From Bifidobacterium breve (GTDB lineage Bacteria; Actinomycetota; Actinomycetes; Nanopelagicales; Nanopelagicaceae): a DNA stretch of 64,000 bases. The number at the start of each line of letters is the position of its first letter. Position 1 is the stretch's first letter. Under the pieces are notes generated by a model that made no database searches, was not told the origin of the DNA, and saw nothing but the letters and a program-made list of their open reading frames with translations. Where the stretch lies: assembly GCA_945876865.1 (NCBI GenBank), contig CAMCPZ010000002.1, forward strand, positions 16,548 to 80,547, given 5' to 3'. Below, piece after piece: positions 1 to 10,628 of this stretch. A program made the position numbers and the translations under genes.

Positions 1-1
1 A

Positions 2-361
2 CTGCGATTGTCACGAGATGAATTACTGCAATCGTCGGGTCTGTTAGAAGCGCAATTGACCCAGATTGAATCCTTTGGATTGATTGAAATGAAAGGTCGC
101 TACTACGATGCGGATGCGCTCTCAGTTGCACGAGCTGTTGCGGAAATGTCCTCCTTTGGAATAGAGGCTCGCCATCTTCGCAGCTTCAAAACAGCGGCTG
201 ACCGCGAAGTTGGTTTAGTAGAACAAGTCATAACACCTTTGTTGCGTCAGAAGAATCCAGAGGCTCAGGCGCGGGCCGAAGAAGTTCAGCGCGAACTTGC
301 CTCACTTTCAATTCGTCTGCATGCAGCTCTGGTGGCTTCTGGTTTACACCGTTCAAAATAA
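2..361 (+). CDS. ftsR: MerR-family regulator, FtsR/Rv1828-like (C-terminal part; 5' end lies before the window)
   Basis: Frame is open from base 2; motifs GIEARHLRSFKTAADREVGLVEQ and LHAALV; sits upstream of DUF151, a second MerR and gcvP, the conserved actinobacterial order. Confidence 0.8.
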   Translation: MRLSRDELLQSSGLLEAQLTQIESFGLIEMKGRYYDADALSVARAVAEMSSFGIEARHLRSFKTAADREVGLVEQVITPLLRQKNPEAQARAEEVQRELASLSIRLHAALVASGLHRSK

Positions 362-399
362 ATTGATAATTGCAATAGATTTTTTAAACTGGACAATCC

Positions 400-873
400 G
401 TGAGTGAACTTCGCCTAGTTGAAGTCGTTGGCGTAAGAGTTGAGATGCCCTCAAATCAACCAATCGTTCTTCTCAAAGAGGTAGATGGAATTAGATATCT
501 CCCGATCTGGGTAGGGGCTGCTGAAGCAACTGCTATCGCTTTCGCACAGCAGGGGCTGACTCCGCCAAGACCACTTACGCATGACCTGATAAAAAATATT
601 ATTGATAACTTAGGGACCAGTGTGGATTCAGTGCAGATAACCCATCTGGCCGATGGAGTCTTCTACTCAAAGATCCTTATGGCTAAAGGGATTGAAGTAT
701 CAGCTCGACCAAGTGATTCGATTGCGCTAGCCCTGCGAACCGGGTCTCCCATTTATGGAACCGAGGATGTATTCAATTCGGCGGGCATCGAAATTCCCGA
801 CCAGGCAGATGATCAGGTAGAAGCTTTCCGTGAATTCCTTGACCAGATAAACCCAGAGGACTTCTTAGGCTAA
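400..873 (+). CDS. Bifunctional nuclease family protein (DUF151, Rv1829-like)
   Basis: VGVRVEMPSNQPIVLLKE, LPIWVG, RPLTHDL and ARPSDSIALA motifs. Confidence 0.92.
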   Translation: MSELRLVEVVGVRVEMPSNQPIVLLKEVDGIRYLPIWVGAAEATAIAFAQQGLTPPRPLTHDLIKNIIDNLGTSVDSVQITHLADGVFYSKILMAKGIEVSARPSDSIALALRTGSPIYGTEDVFNSAGIEIPDQADDQVEAFREFLDQINPEDFLG

Positions 874-896
874 ACCTCAAGGGAAACTTTAGGGTT
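872..896. promoter_or_regulatory. Imperfect palindrome, putative FtsR operator
   Basis: Minus strand reads AACCCTAAAGTTTCCCTTGAGGTTT, resembling my recollection of the C. glutamicum FtsR site (AACCCTAAAGT-N5-TTGAGG); the ftsR homologue is adjacent. Confidence 0.55.
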
Positions 897-900
897 TTGC

Positions 901-939
901 GTGTCGGTCGTTGCTCTCGGAGCGGCCTCGAACTAATCT
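901..939 (+). promoter_or_regulatory. sigmaA-type promoter (TTGCTC-17-TAATCT) preceded by GTGTC (GACAC on the minus strand, WhiA-type motif)
   Basis: -35 at 911-916, -10 at 934-939, 17-nt spacer; GTGTC at 901-905. Confidence 0.5.
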
Positions 940-985
940 TCTCTTAAATCCGATAAGGATCTTCCCCCATAGAAGTGAGTTTGAA

Positions 986-1519
986 ATGTCCCAAGTGACT
1001 GATCCTTCGGCACCTGAAATAGGTTACCGCGGTGCAACCGCATGTGTAGCCGCTGGAATTACTTACCGACAATTGGATTATTGGGCGAGAACTGGATTAG
1101 TTGAACCGAGCGTTCAAGGAGCAAGTGGTTCAGGTTCGCAACGACTTTATGGCTTTCGTGACATTCTGGTTTTAAAAATTGTAAAACGTCTTCTTGATAC
1201 TGGCGTCTCTCTCCAAAATATTCGCACCGCGGTCGAACATTTACGTATGCGCGGGGTAAGTGATTTAGAGCGAATGACCCTGATGAGTGATGGCGCAACT
1301 ATTTACGAATGCGCTAGCGCGGATGAAATCGTTGACCTACTTCAAGGCGGTCAAGGCGTCTTTGGAATTGCGATTGGTAAAGTTTGGAGCGAGGTTGAAG
1401 GCTCGCTTGCTAATTTGCAGGGCGAGAACGTTTCGACTGGAGAAAGCGTAGTTGGCGGCTCTACAATTGGGTCAGTTAACGATGAGCTATCCGATCGACG
1501 AAAGCGAAAGTTAGCTTAA
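986..1519 (+). CDS. MerR-family regulator (Rv1830/McdR-like)
   Basis: GYRGATAC..AGITYRQLDYWARTGLVEPS, GSGSQRLY, LLDTGVSLQNIR; ATG986 follows AGAAGTGAG and is preferred over TTG911. Confidence 0.9.
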   Translation: MSQVTDPSAPEIGYRGATACVAAGITYRQLDYWARTGLVEPSVQGASGSGSQRLYGFRDILVLKIVKRLLDTGVSLQNIRTAVEHLRMRGVSDLERMTLMSDGATIYECASADEIVDLLQGGQGVFGIAIGKVWSEVEGSLANLQGENVSTGESVVGGSTIGSVNDELSDRRKRKLA

Positions 1520-1577
1520 ATTATTTCCTTCCCCGGGAATCGGAGTCATAACTCCATAACCTTAGGGGAGAGTATTA

Positions 1578-4442
1578 ATGAGTTCGGTTCGCTCTAACTT
1601 TGCAGATCGTCACATCGGTCCAGATGAACATCAACTCAACTTTATGCTCGCAGAACTTGGCGAGAAGAAATTAGCAGATTTCATAGCGAAGGTTGTCCCG
1701 GAAAATATCGCGTTAACAGAGAAACTCTCAAGTTCTCTGCCGAAAGCGGTGTCGGAAGTTGAAGCCATTGCTGAACTTCGACAGTTGGCGGATCAGAACC
1801 AAGTAGTTAAATCTTTAATTGGTTTGGGGTATGTTGGCACTATTACGCCGCCGGTAATTTTGCGGAATGTTTTAGAAAATCCTGCTTGGTATACGGCATA
1901 TACGCCTTATCAGCCAGAAATTTCACAGGGCAGATTGGAAGCAATCTTTGCTTTTCAAACAGTTGTAACGGATTTAACTGGTTTAGATGTTTCAAATGCT
2001 TCGATGCTTGATGAAGCCACTGCAGCAGCAGAGTCTATGACTTTGGCTCGTCGAGTGTGGCAGGGCGATGATGAAGCGGTCTTTGTTGTCGATGCAGGAT
2101 TGCATCCTCAGATAAAAGCTGTAATTGCAACAAGAGCTAAGCCGCTTAACATTTCAATTGTAGAAATTGATGTGGCTACAGATTTTTTAGCAGGTATCGA
2201 GAAACCAATATTCGGCGCTATTTTCGCGCAGATAAATAGCAACGGAACAGTTGGGAATTTAGAACCGCTAATCAAGGCGGTGCATGGGCAGAACGCTCTC
2301 GCAGTTGTTGCATGTGATCTTCTAGCGTTGACGCTTTACAAGGCGCCAGGAGAAATCGGTGCTGATATAGCGATTGGTTCAGCACAACGGTTTGGCGTCC
2401 CGATGGGATTTGGGGGACCGCATGCAGGTTTTATGGCTGTTCGTAAAGGTCTCGAACGATCCTTGCCAGGTAGGTTGGTTGGACAGAGTTTAGATTCACA
2501 TGGCAACCCTGCTCTTCGATTAGCTCTACAGACGAGAGAGCAGCACATTAGACGAGACAAAGCGACATCAAATATCTGCACAGCACAAGTGCTCTTAGCG
2601 GTTATGTCCGCTTTCTATGCAATGTGGCATGGACCTAAGGGATTGCTCGAGATCGCAACTAGAGTTCGCAACAGCGCTAATCTGATGCGGGAATCGGTGA
2701 TTGCAGCCGGTTATGCGGTTACTCCTGGTGAAATTTTTGACACATTTACTATCAGTGGGATCAATTCGAAACAAGCGGTAGCGGCATTACTAAAATCAGG
2801 ATTCAACGCGAGATCAATCAGTTCGGAGACCATTGGCTTAACTTTTGATGAAACGATTACGGATGCAGATTTAGTGGTTATTGCTGGCGCACTTCAAATG
2901 AAATTAAGTGACCATAAAACCTTCCCAATTGAAGGTGACCTTTCACGTAGCTCGCAATTCCTATTACACCCGCTCTTTAATTCTTATCACTCCGAAACAT
3001 CAATGCTGAGATACCTTCGTTCCTTAGCCGACAGAGACTTGGCACTTGATCGAACCATGATTCCTCTGGGTTCGTGCACCATGAAGTTAAATGCGACTAC
3101 CGAGATGATTCCGGTTACGTGGCCAGAATTCTCGAGCCTCCACCCATTCGCTCCAGCGAACCAGAGTGTCGGCATCCGCAAACTAATAAGTCAGCTATCA
3201 GATTGGCTGATCACAATAACCGGATATGACGCAGTGTCTCTGCAACCGAATGCTGGATCGCAAGGCGAATTCGCTGGTCTATTAGCTATTCGAAACTATC
3301 TTGACTCTAAATCCCAACAACATCGCACAATCTGCTTGATTCCATCAAGCGCTCATGGCACTAATGCCGCCAGTGCTGTTATGGCTGGAATGCAGGTTGT
3401 TGTAATAGCGTGCGATGAACATGGGAATGTCAGTGTTGCTGATTTGAAGGAGAAGATTTCGGAATATCACGATTCTCTCGCAGCTTTAATGGTCACTTAC
3501 CCATCAACGCATGGAGTATTTGAAGAAGCAATTACTGAAATCTGTGGGCTGATTCATGATGCTGGGGGACAGGTTTACGTCGACGGTGCGAATTTGAATG
3601 CGCTAGTTGGGCTTGCTAAGCCTGGAAAATTTGGAGCCGATGTATCTCATTTAAATCTTCATAAAACTTTCTGTATTCCACATGGTGGAGGTGGACCAGG
3701 TGTTGGGCCGGTCATCGCTAAATCTCACTTGGCACCATTCCTGCCTAACCATCCATTAGATCAACTATCCGGTCCATCGACTGGACCTGGGCCGGTTAGT
3801 TCCGCGCCCTTTGGTTCTGCAAGCATCTTGCCGATTTCTTGGGCTTATATTCGAATGATGGGGGGAGCGGGCTTAACTAAAGCAACAGAGGTTGCTATTT
3901 TGTCTGCGAATTATATTGCAGCAAAGCTCGACCCACATTTTCCAATTCTTTACCGTGGTGCGAATGGCTACATCGCCCATGAATGCATAATTGATTTGCG
4001 GGAGATTACTAAAAATACTGGTGTGACAGTTGATGATGTAGCAAAGCGCTTAATGGATCATGGCTTCCATGCGCCTACAGTGAGTTTTCCGGTCGCTGGA
4101 ACAATGATGATAGAACCTACTGAATCTGAGGATTTGAATGAGATGGAGCGATTCATCAGCGCGATGATCCAAATCCGAGCCGAAATAACCGATATCGAAA
4201 AAGGGCAAATAAGTATTGAAGAATCACCGCTCAGATTCGCACCTCACACCAGCTCAGATTTAATGCAGAGCGACTGGGATCGAAAATATTCTCGCAAAAT
4301 TGGTGCTTTTCCTTCTGGCCAAGATTTAGATTTAGGTTCGAGAGGTAAATACTGGCCGACTGTTGGTCGCATTGACGGGGTTTACGGGGATAGGAACCTT
4401 GTTTGCTCCTGCTTGCCGATATCAGAGCTGGCCATCAACTAG
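1578..4442 (+). CDS. gcvP: Glycine dehydrogenase (decarboxylating), glycine cleavage P protein
   Basis: 954 aa; [43 protein letters not shown]-lysine motif. Confidence 0.98.
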   Translation: MSSVRSNFADRHIGPDEHQLNFMLAELGEKKLADFIAKVVPENIALTEKLSSSLPKAVSEVEAIAELRQLADQNQVVKSLIGLGYVGTITPPVILRNVLENPAWYTAYTPYQPEISQGRLEAIFAFQTVVTDLTGLDVSNASMLDEATAAAESMTLARRVWQGDDEAVFVVDAGLHPQIKAVIATRAKPLNISIVEIDVATDFLAGIEKPIFGAIFAQINSNGTVGNLEPLIKAVHGQNALAVVACDLLALTLYKAPGEIGADIAIGSAQRFGVPMGFGGPHAGFMAVRKGLERSLPGRLVGQSLDSHGNPALRLALQTREQHIRRDKATSNICTAQVLLAVMSAFYAMWHGPKGLLEIATRVRNSANLMRESVIAAGYAVTPGEIFDTFTISGINSKQAVAALLKSGFNARSISSETIGLTFDETITDADLVVIAGALQMKLSDHKTFPIEGDLSRSSQFLLHPLFNSYHSETSMLRYLRSLADRDLALDRTMIPLGSCTMKLNATTEMIPVTWPEFSSLHPFAPANQSVGIRKLISQLSDWLITITGYDAVSLQPNAGSQGEFAGLLAIRNYLDSKSQQHRTICLIPSSAHGTNAASAVMAGMQVVVIACDEHGNVSVADLKEKISEYHDSLAALMVTYPSTHGVFEEAITEICGLIHDAGGQVYVDGANLNALVGLAKPGKFGADVSHLNLHKTFCIPHGGGGPGVGPVIAKSHLAPFLPNHPLDQLSGPSTGPGPVSSAPFGSASILPISWAYIRMMGGAGLTKATEVAILSANYIAAKLDPHFPILYRGANGYIAHECIIDLREITKNTGVTVDDVAKRLMDHGFHAPTVSFPVAGTMMIEPTESEDLNEMERFISAMIQIRAEITDIEKGQISIEESPLRFAPHTSSDLMQSDWDRKYSRKIGAFPSGQDLDLGSRGKYWPTVGRIDGVYGDRNLVCSCLPISELAIN

Positions 4443-4454
4443 GTGCCTTCTGTA

Positions 4455-4482
4455 ATCTGACATAATGTAGATTATCGGCGAA
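4455..4482 (-). other. dif: dif-like XerC/XerD chromosome-dimer resolution site
   Basis: Minus strand TTCGCCGATAA-TCTACA-TTATGTCAGAT has the 11-6-11 layout of E. coli dif (GGTGCGCATAA-TGTATA-TTATGTTAAAT) and lies at the gene-orientation switch. Confidence 0.85.
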
Positions 4483-5218
4483 TATTCATCCTTAAAACAC
4501 GCTCAAATCCGGCCTTTGTAACATATCTAAAGGCCTCAAACGCTATTCCCGCCGTCATCTTTGAACTGCCAAAGTTTCGCTCAACAAAGGTGATCGGCAC
4601 CTGGATAAATTCTGCGCCAGCTTCTTTAGAAATTAATGCCATTTCGATCTGAAAACAATAACCAGTTGCATGCATCGTCTTAAGGTTCAGTGAATTTAGG
4701 AGTTCCGAACTATAGATTCGAAAGCCGCCCGTTAGGTCATCTAACTTAAGGCCAAGAGCCAATTTGGCATACCTTGTTCCTGAAAGGGATAGTAGTTTTC
4801 GAAATCTAGACCAATTCGTAACCCGCCCGCCTGGCATCCAGCGAACTCCCATTACAACTGTCTTACTTGAATTCAATCCTTCAAGTGCGGCAATCATTGC
4901 GGATAAATCTTCGACCCGGTGTGAACCATCGGCATCCATGGTTGCGACATGAGTGTAATTCTTATTTTGCAGGACCTCCGAGAAACCCGCGCGATATGCC
5001 GCTCCAAGTCCATCTTTTCTTGATCGCCGCATAACTTTTACCCACGGAATCAATAACCCTTCGACAATTTCAGCAGTTTTATCGGGAGAACTATCATCAA
5101 TGACAACTACATCGAACTTATATATAGATTCGCCTCGGAAAATTCTCAACTTTTCAAGTAAATCTTCGATAGATAGAGATTCGTTATAGGTTGGAATCAG
5201 AACAACAAACTTCTTCAT
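4472..5218 (-). CDS. ppm1: Polyprenol-monophosphomannose synthase (GT2)
   Basis: LIPTYNE, IDDSSPDKT, GLGAAYRAGF, MDADGSH, DLTGGFR; adjacent to lnt. Confidence 0.9.
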   Translation of the reverse strand: MKKFVVLIPTYNESLSIEDLLEKLRIFRGESIYKFDVVVIDDSSPDKTAEIVEGLLIPWVKVMRRSRKDGLGAAYRAGFSEVLQNKNYTHVATMDADGSHRVEDLSAMIAALEGLNSSKTVVMGVRWMPGGRVTNWSRFRKLLSLSGTRYAKLALGLKLDDLTGGFRIYSSELLNSLNLKTMHATGYCFQIEMALISKEAGAEFIQVPITFVERNFGSSKMTAGIAFEAFRYVTKAGFERVLRMNIRR

Positions 5219-6540
5219 CGGAGAATTCGATTTACCAACGTGGTTCGATCGCTTAGCATCAATTCGCCGGCGAGAAAGGATTTATCTTTCTGGGCGGTTT
5301 CACTCAACACTCGTCCATTATTGTCAATAAAAGCTGAGATGCCTATGGTTGAAACGCTAAGTATGTAGCGCGAATGTTCAACTGCCCGAATTCGAGTTAT
5401 GGCTAGTTGTTGTTCACTCTGCGCCGTATTCGCAAAAGTCGCATTGTTGTTCTGAACAATTAGGGCCTGTGAGCTTCGAGCCATGTCTCGCACCAAAGAA
5501 TCATTGATTATCTCATAGCAAATAACCGGCCCAATATTATTTCCCGCAATCCTATGCACTATCCGTTTCTGCCCGGGAATAAAATCGACCACGTTCTTTG
5601 CAAGTGGATTAACGAACTCAGCGAGTTTGCGCAACGGAATAAATTCGCCAAATGGAGTCAGACCTCGCTTCAAGTAAATGCTCTCAGCGGTCCCATTCTC
5701 AGAGTATAAAATCGATGCGTTTTGTGGGCCTTGCCGACTTTTTGTTACTACTCCTGCGATCAGTGGCGTTTGAAGGTCACGAGTTAGCGCAGTTATTTTT
5801 CTGGCTACGTCTGGATAGAAATTGGGATCGATATCGACGGCATTCTCAGGCCAGATAATTGCGTCGTAAGTCTCCCTTGTAAAATCAGCGAATTCTCGCG
5901 TGGCCTGGCTATGCAAGTCGAACACTGCTTTTGCTCGTGAATTAAAACCTAATCCGACCTCAGGAGTATTTCCCTGTATCGCAAGAATCTTTACCGAACC
6001 ACTCCCCTCTGGATTACTCGGAAGCGCTATTGCCACTAAGAGAATCGCGACAAGAAGTGCAAGGTTCTTAAGATTTACTCTGGCAAGTAGAATCGAAGCC
6101 AAAATTGTAAAGGCCGACAGAGCCACAACTCCCCCAAGAGCCACGATTGGAAGTGCTGGTGATTCGACCTGACTGAAAGCCACACGCGTCCAACCAAATC
6201 CGCCAAATGGAAATCTTGTTCGAAGCTCTTCCATCGCCAATAAGATTAAAGCCGCAAGCCAGATGTTTTTGAATCTCCTGTAAATCCAGCCCACTGGCAG
6301 ATAGAAGAACGCCTGCAAAAGCGCTAACAGAAGCCAAGGTATAGCTCCAACAAATTTGCCACTCCAATACAGAACTATTGCATTCAAAATGAAACCGAAT
6401 ACGAAACTATGCAGAACTGGTCGTTGGACTATCTTCAACTTCCGGAAAAAAAGTGCGAAGCCAAAGATTGCTAGAAACCAAATACCGATAGGTTCAAAAG
6501 AGGCACTAGCGAGAAAAGCCGCAAATAAAATAGTTACCAT
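5215..6540 (-). CDS. lnt: Apolipoprotein N-acyltransferase
   Basis: N-terminal TM helices, PFGGFGW, nitrilase triad motifs WPEN / KRGLTPFGE / ICYE. Confidence 0.95.
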   Translation of the reverse strand: MVTILFAAFLASASFEPIGIWFLAIFGFALFFRKLKIVQRPVLHSFVFGFILNAIVLYWSGKFVGAIPWLLLALLQAFFYLPVGWIYRRFKNIWLAALILLAMEELRTRFPFGGFGWTRVAFSQVESPALPIVALGGVVALSAFTILASILLARVNLKNLALLVAILLVAIALPSNPEGSGSVKILAIQGNTPEVGLGFNSRAKAVFDLHSQATREFADFTRETYDAIIWPENAVDIDPNFYPDVARKITALTRDLQTPLIAGVVTKSRQGPQNASILYSENGTAESIYLKRGLTPFGEFIPLRKLAEFVNPLAKNVVDFIPGQKRIVHRIAGNNIGPVICYEIINDSLVRDMARSSQALIVQNNNATFANTAQSEQQLAITRIRAVEHSRYILSVSTIGISAFIDNNGRVLSETAQKDKSFLAGELMLSDRTTLVNRILR

Positions 6541-7433
6541 TTAAGAGCTGCAATAAGGCGATCAATACTCGCCCCAAGGCCGTAATCTTTCTGATACTGA
6601 TAAATCTCATCTAGGTTCTTTGGTCGCTTCGGAAGTTGTAAATTTTGTTTTGGAAGTGGGACGTCCAGTGCGCAATGAACCAGTTTTGGGGCAATTGCTG
6701 CATATTCAGCAGATTCAAGAAGTTTCTTGCGGGCGTTTGGGGTCAGCCGTTCATCCCCTTTTTTAGCTGCCTTCATGACATCAGGGAGATTTGTGAACTG
6801 TTTAGCGATTATCGCCGCACCTTTCTCGCCGATTCCTCTAATTCCTGGCAGTCCATCCGAAGCATCACCTCGAATCATTGCGAAAAGTGCGTAACGCTCG
6901 CCAGGTATGTCATATTTATTGGCAATCCATTTCAGGTCAACATGATCGTGATTCGTAATGCCTTTTGCTAGATATACAACTGCAATCTTTCGGGCATCAT
7001 CAACTAACTGAAATAGATCTCGATCTCCGGTTACGATTTTGATTGGTCCCGGCTCACTCACCGCATATGAAGCCATAACGTCATCCGCTTCATAGTCATC
7101 GACTCCAACGAGCGGAATTCCAAAAGCTTCAAGAAGATCGAGCAAGATTGGGATCTGCGGCCCTAAAGTATCGGGCTCTTCCTCTTCGCCTTCGACATCT
7201 AGACGATTAGCTTTGTAATCTGGAAACAAATCGACGCGCCAACTTGGTCGCCAGTCGCCCTCTATGCACGCAACTAATCGATTTGGATTGTAAATATTTA
7301 TCAATCTCGAAGTCATGTCCAGGTAGCCGCGGATTGCATTTACTGGTTCGCCACTCGGAGAGAGCAGAGTGTCAGGCATTCCAAAGTAAGCGCGATACCA
7401 GAGAGATGCACTATCAAGAAGCATTAGCGTCAT
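6534..7433 (-). CDS. Standalone 5'-3' exonuclease / flap endonuclease (Rv2090-like)
   Basis: LLDSASLWYRAYFG, YKANR, YEADDV, VTGDRDLFQ, RGDASDGLPGIRGIGEK (H3TH). Confidence 0.93.
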   Translation of the reverse strand: MTLMLLDSASLWYRAYFGMPDTLLSPSGEPVNAIRGYLDMTSRLINIYNPNRLVACIEGDWRPSWRVDLFPDYKANRLDVEGEEEEPDTLGPQIPILLDLLEAFGIPLVGVDDYEADDVMASYAVSEPGPIKIVTGDRDLFQLVDDARKIAVVYLAKGITNHDHVDLKWIANKYDIPGERYALFAMIRGDASDGLPGIRGIGEKGAAIIAKQFTNLPDVMKAAKKGDERLTPNARKKLLESAEYAAIAPKLVHCALDVPLPKQNLQLPKRPKNLDEIYQYQKDYGLGASIDRLIAALKW

Positions 7434-9811
7434 ACAACGGCTCCAGCGTAAGCGATAACACCACGGTCAATCCGTCCGAGTGCATCCTTCACTATTGGCG
7501 AAAGATGCGGCGAAGCGATTGATATTTGGCGAAGCAAATCAATAATTTGTTTCATTGAGCGAACAAAATCGCCCACAGTTAAATCGCTACCTTTTAGAAT
7601 TGACGATAGCGAATGTCCACTCGCCCACCTATACGAAGCCCAACAGAAGCCAGCATCTGGTTCACGAATTGGCTCCAGTCCAAGTTCGGTCTCTAGATCA
7701 TTTATCTCTATCCAAACTTTAACTAAATCTGCAAGCACTTCCTCAACTTGTCCTCTTGGGAGCTTTGGTGGGCTCTCCTTCCGACTTTCATGAACGAAAA
7801 CCGAAACTATCGAAACTAGTTCGGCAGCTGTCAATTGTCCAAAAGCTTCACGTCGAATCATCTCGGCAATGAGAATATCGGTCTCACCATATATCTTCGA
7901 GAGTAGTTTTCCGTTAGCGGTAATTACATCATTATTTAGATATCCGAATTTTTCAAGCATGATTTTAATCAAATCAAATCGTCGAGCTATAACGTGAGTG
8001 CGATTCGCCACTCGCGCGGTTAGGCCAGAATTTTCTCGGCGCAAGCGATCTGCACGTTCAGCAATTCGCGCATGCGTCTCTCGGTCGCTGCAGCCGTGGC
8101 AAGCGTGATTTCGGAGTGTCTTTCGGGCTTCGGCGATTTTCTCTTCCTCAAACTCTCGTGCCTTACGGCGCTTTGTTGAGAGACCACGTTCTAACTCTTT
8201 AATCTCAAAGCGAATCTGGGCATATTCCACGAAATCCCCAAGATGACAATTGATTTCTTCCTCAAGTTCGGCGACAGCTTCATTATTGCGCTTTATTTGA
8301 CGAGCCAGACCAACAACAGCTTTATCGGCCTGAAACTGCGCAAAAGACGACTCAAGCGAGGTCCGTGCTCGCTCTGCCCCGAATTGGGAAATCAAATTGA
8401 TCGTCATGTTGTATGTTGGCTTAAACGAACTCTTCAGTGGGTAGGTTCGAGTCGAGGCAAGACCTGCAGCAGAGGCACTGTCAACATCTTTATTCCAGAG
8501 AATGACTGCATTTCCTTCAACATCAATTCCGCGACGTCCAGCTCGTCCGGTTAATTGGGTGTATTCACCAGGGGTAACCGAAACGTGCGACTCACCATTC
8601 CATTTTGTTAATTTCTCCAGAACCACAGTCCGCGCTGGCATGTTTATACCCAGCGCCAAAGTTTCAGTTGCGAAAACCGCTTTTATCAGACCTCGTTGGA
8701 ACAGCTCCTCTACACATTCTTTAAAGGCTGGAAGAAGTCCAGCATGATGCGAAGCTATTCCACGTTCTAGCGAATCTACCCATTCGTGAAATCCAAGAAC
8801 AATCAAATCGTCTTCGGGCAACGACCTGGTTTTATCGGCAATTACCTCTCGAATTTCAGATCGTTCTTCAGCGTTTGTAAGTCGGAGACCTGCAGCCAAA
8901 CATTGCTTCACAGCACTATCGCATTGTGCGCGGGAGAAGATAAAGGTGATTGCTGGAAGCAATCCTTCTCGATCCAATTTCTCAATAACTTCTGCGCGAC
9001 CTAAAGCTTTGATGGTCGGTGAAATCTGCGAGTTATCCCGCCAGTTTCGCTTACCACCGGCGTTGCCATATTTAGTTCGGACCGAGCGCAAGGATTCCTT
9101 CTCCAGCCGAAGGATCTCTGGATTCACCTTTGTATTCGTTGAAAAAAGATCTAGTAAACGATTCCCAAACAAGACATGCTGATACAGCGGAACTGGTCTA
9201 GTCTCGCTAACAATTACCTTCATCTCCCCGCGAACTGTCTGTAGCCAATCCCCGAATTCTTCGGCATTAGAGACCGTCGCAGAGAGCGCAGCAACTTGAA
9301 TACTCTCTGGAAGGTGAATCAAAATCTCTTCCCAAACTGCGCCGCGAAAGCGATCCGCCAAGTAGTGAACCTCATCCATGACGACAAAACGTAAATCTGT
9401 GAGAGTTGATGACGCTGAATAAATCATATTTCGCAGAACTTCGGTAGTCATAATTACTATTGGAGCTTCCGAATTTATGCTGGTATCCCCCGTCAGGAGA
9501 CCCACGCTCGATTCACCAAACATCGCCGACAGGTCTTGGAATTTTTGATTGGATAACGCCTTTATTGGTGTTGTGTAGAAACATTTTTTTCCTGAACTAA
9601 TTGCCAGATAAGCCGCGAACTCTCCAACGATAGTTTTGCCCGCACCAGTGGGTGCAGCTACAAGAACCGATTTGCCGCTTTCCAGGGCTTGGCATCCCTT
9701 AATCTGGAAGTCATCCATACTAAATGGATAACGCTCAAGAAAATCATTGGTCAGTCGGTGAGCACCTCTGGCTTTCGCTTGAGCAAATCGTTGCGCAGGT
9801 GTAGACATCAC
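7430..9811 (-). CDS. helY: Ski2-like DEVH RNA helicase HelY
   Basis: APTGAGKT, PIKALSNQK, DEVH, SAT, QLTGRAGRRG, C-terminal DSHCT-like region; follows tatC. Confidence 0.95.
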   Translation of the reverse strand: MMSTPAQRFAQAKARGAHRLTNDFLERYPFSMDDFQIKGCQALESGKSVLVAAPTGAGKTIVGEFAAYLAISSGKKCFYTTPIKALSNQKFQDLSAMFGESSVGLLTGDTSINSEAPIVIMTTEVLRNMIYSASSTLTDLRFVVMDEVHYLADRFRGAVWEEILIHLPESIQVAALSATVSNAEEFGDWLQTVRGEMKVIVSETRPVPLYQHVLFGNRLLDLFSTNTKVNPEILRLEKESLRSVRTKYGNAGGKRNWRDNSQISPTIKALGRAEVIEKLDREGLLPAITFIFSRAQCDSAVKQCLAAGLRLTNAEERSEIREVIADKTRSLPEDDLIVLGFHEWVDSLERGIASHHAGLLPAFKECVEELFQRGLIKAVFATETLALGINMPARTVVLEKLTKWNGESHVSVTPGEYTQLTGRAGRRGIDVEGNAVILWNKDVDSASAAGLASTRTYPLKSSFKPTYNMTINLISQFGAERARTSLESSFAQFQADKAVVGLARQIKRNNEAVAELEEEINCHLGDFVEYAQIRFEIKELERGLSTKRRKAREFEEEKIAEARKTLRNHACHGCSDRETHARIAERADRLRRENSGLTARVANRTHVIARRFDLIKIMLEKFGYLNNDVITANGKLLSKIYGETDILIAEMIRREAFGQLTAAELVSIVSVFVHESRKESPPKLPRGQVEEVLADLVKVWIEINDLETELGLEPIREPDAGFCWASYRWASGHSLSSILKGSDLTVGDFVRSMKQIIDLLRQISIASPHLSPIVKDALGRIDRGVIAYAGAVV

Positions 9812-9848
9812 TCCAACAACCAGGCTCGTAGTGACAACCGCATAAGAG

Positions 9849-10622
9849 TTATTCGCTTCGTGCTTTGCGCTTTAGTCTCGATTTATCAACAAGAAGTGAG
9901 ATTCCACCTGCTGCTAAATAGAGCAAAACCAGAGGACCTGCTAAAAAGAAGAGCGTTATCGGATCTCCAGTTGGAGTCGCTATCGCTGAAAAAAGAGTGA
10001 TGCCGAAAATTGCATATCGCCATGGGCGAAGTATTGATCTTCCACTCAATATGTGGGCTAGGTTCAGGGCGATAAGGAAAACTGGTAGCTCAAAGGCGAT
10101 TCCGAAAACCAGAATTAGCTGGGTTACAAAAGTCAGGTAATCATCGAATCTAACCAAGTTAGTCAATGATGTAGGTGTGAAACTTAAAAGAACCTCAACG
10201 GCTATTGGAAGGACCAAATATCCAGCAAAAATTCCCATTGCAAAAAATGGAACCGCCCCAATCAGAAAGAAGATGGAATTTCTTCGCTCTTTCTTATGTA
10301 AACCCGGCGATATAAAGGCCCAGATTTGATAAAGCCAAATTGGCGAAGCAATAATGAGTCCAAGTAGAACTGAAATCTTAAATTTTAAGTCAAGTGGGCC
10401 GAGTACGCCGCTGATATAGAGAATCCCACAGGTTTCCTCGCCCGCGGATGTCGCTGCTCCTAAATCACAGATAGGACTCGCTAACCTAGCGATAATATCT
10501 TCATAGAGAAACCAGCCAACACAACTAGCAAGGATTATTCCAAGGGCAGATTTAAATGAACGCGTTCTCAATTCATTGAGATGCGAGAGCAGGGGCATCG
10601 CCCGAGCGTTATTACCCTTCAC
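9849..10622 (-). CDS. tatC: Twin-arginine translocase subunit TatC
   Basis: MPLLSHLNELR, YQIWAFISPGL, FGIAFELP, ATPTGDP. Confidence 0.96.
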   Translation of the reverse strand: MKGNNARAMPLLSHLNELRTRSFKSALGIILASCVGWFLYEDIIARLASPICDLGAATSAGEETCGILYISGVLGPLDLKFKISVLLGLIIASPIWLYQIWAFISPGLHKKERRNSIFFLIGAVPFFAMGIFAGYLVLPIAVEVLLSFTPTSLTNLVRFDDYLTFVTQLILVFGIAFELPVFLIALNLAHILSGRSILRPWRYAIFGITLFSAIATPTGDPITLFFLAGPLVLLYLAAGGISLLVDKSRLKRKARSE

Positions 10623-10628
10623 TTAAGT

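Noticed and set aside
902-925. TGTCGG as a PafBC-dependent promoter
   Set aside because: The required TANNNT 10 nt downstream is absent
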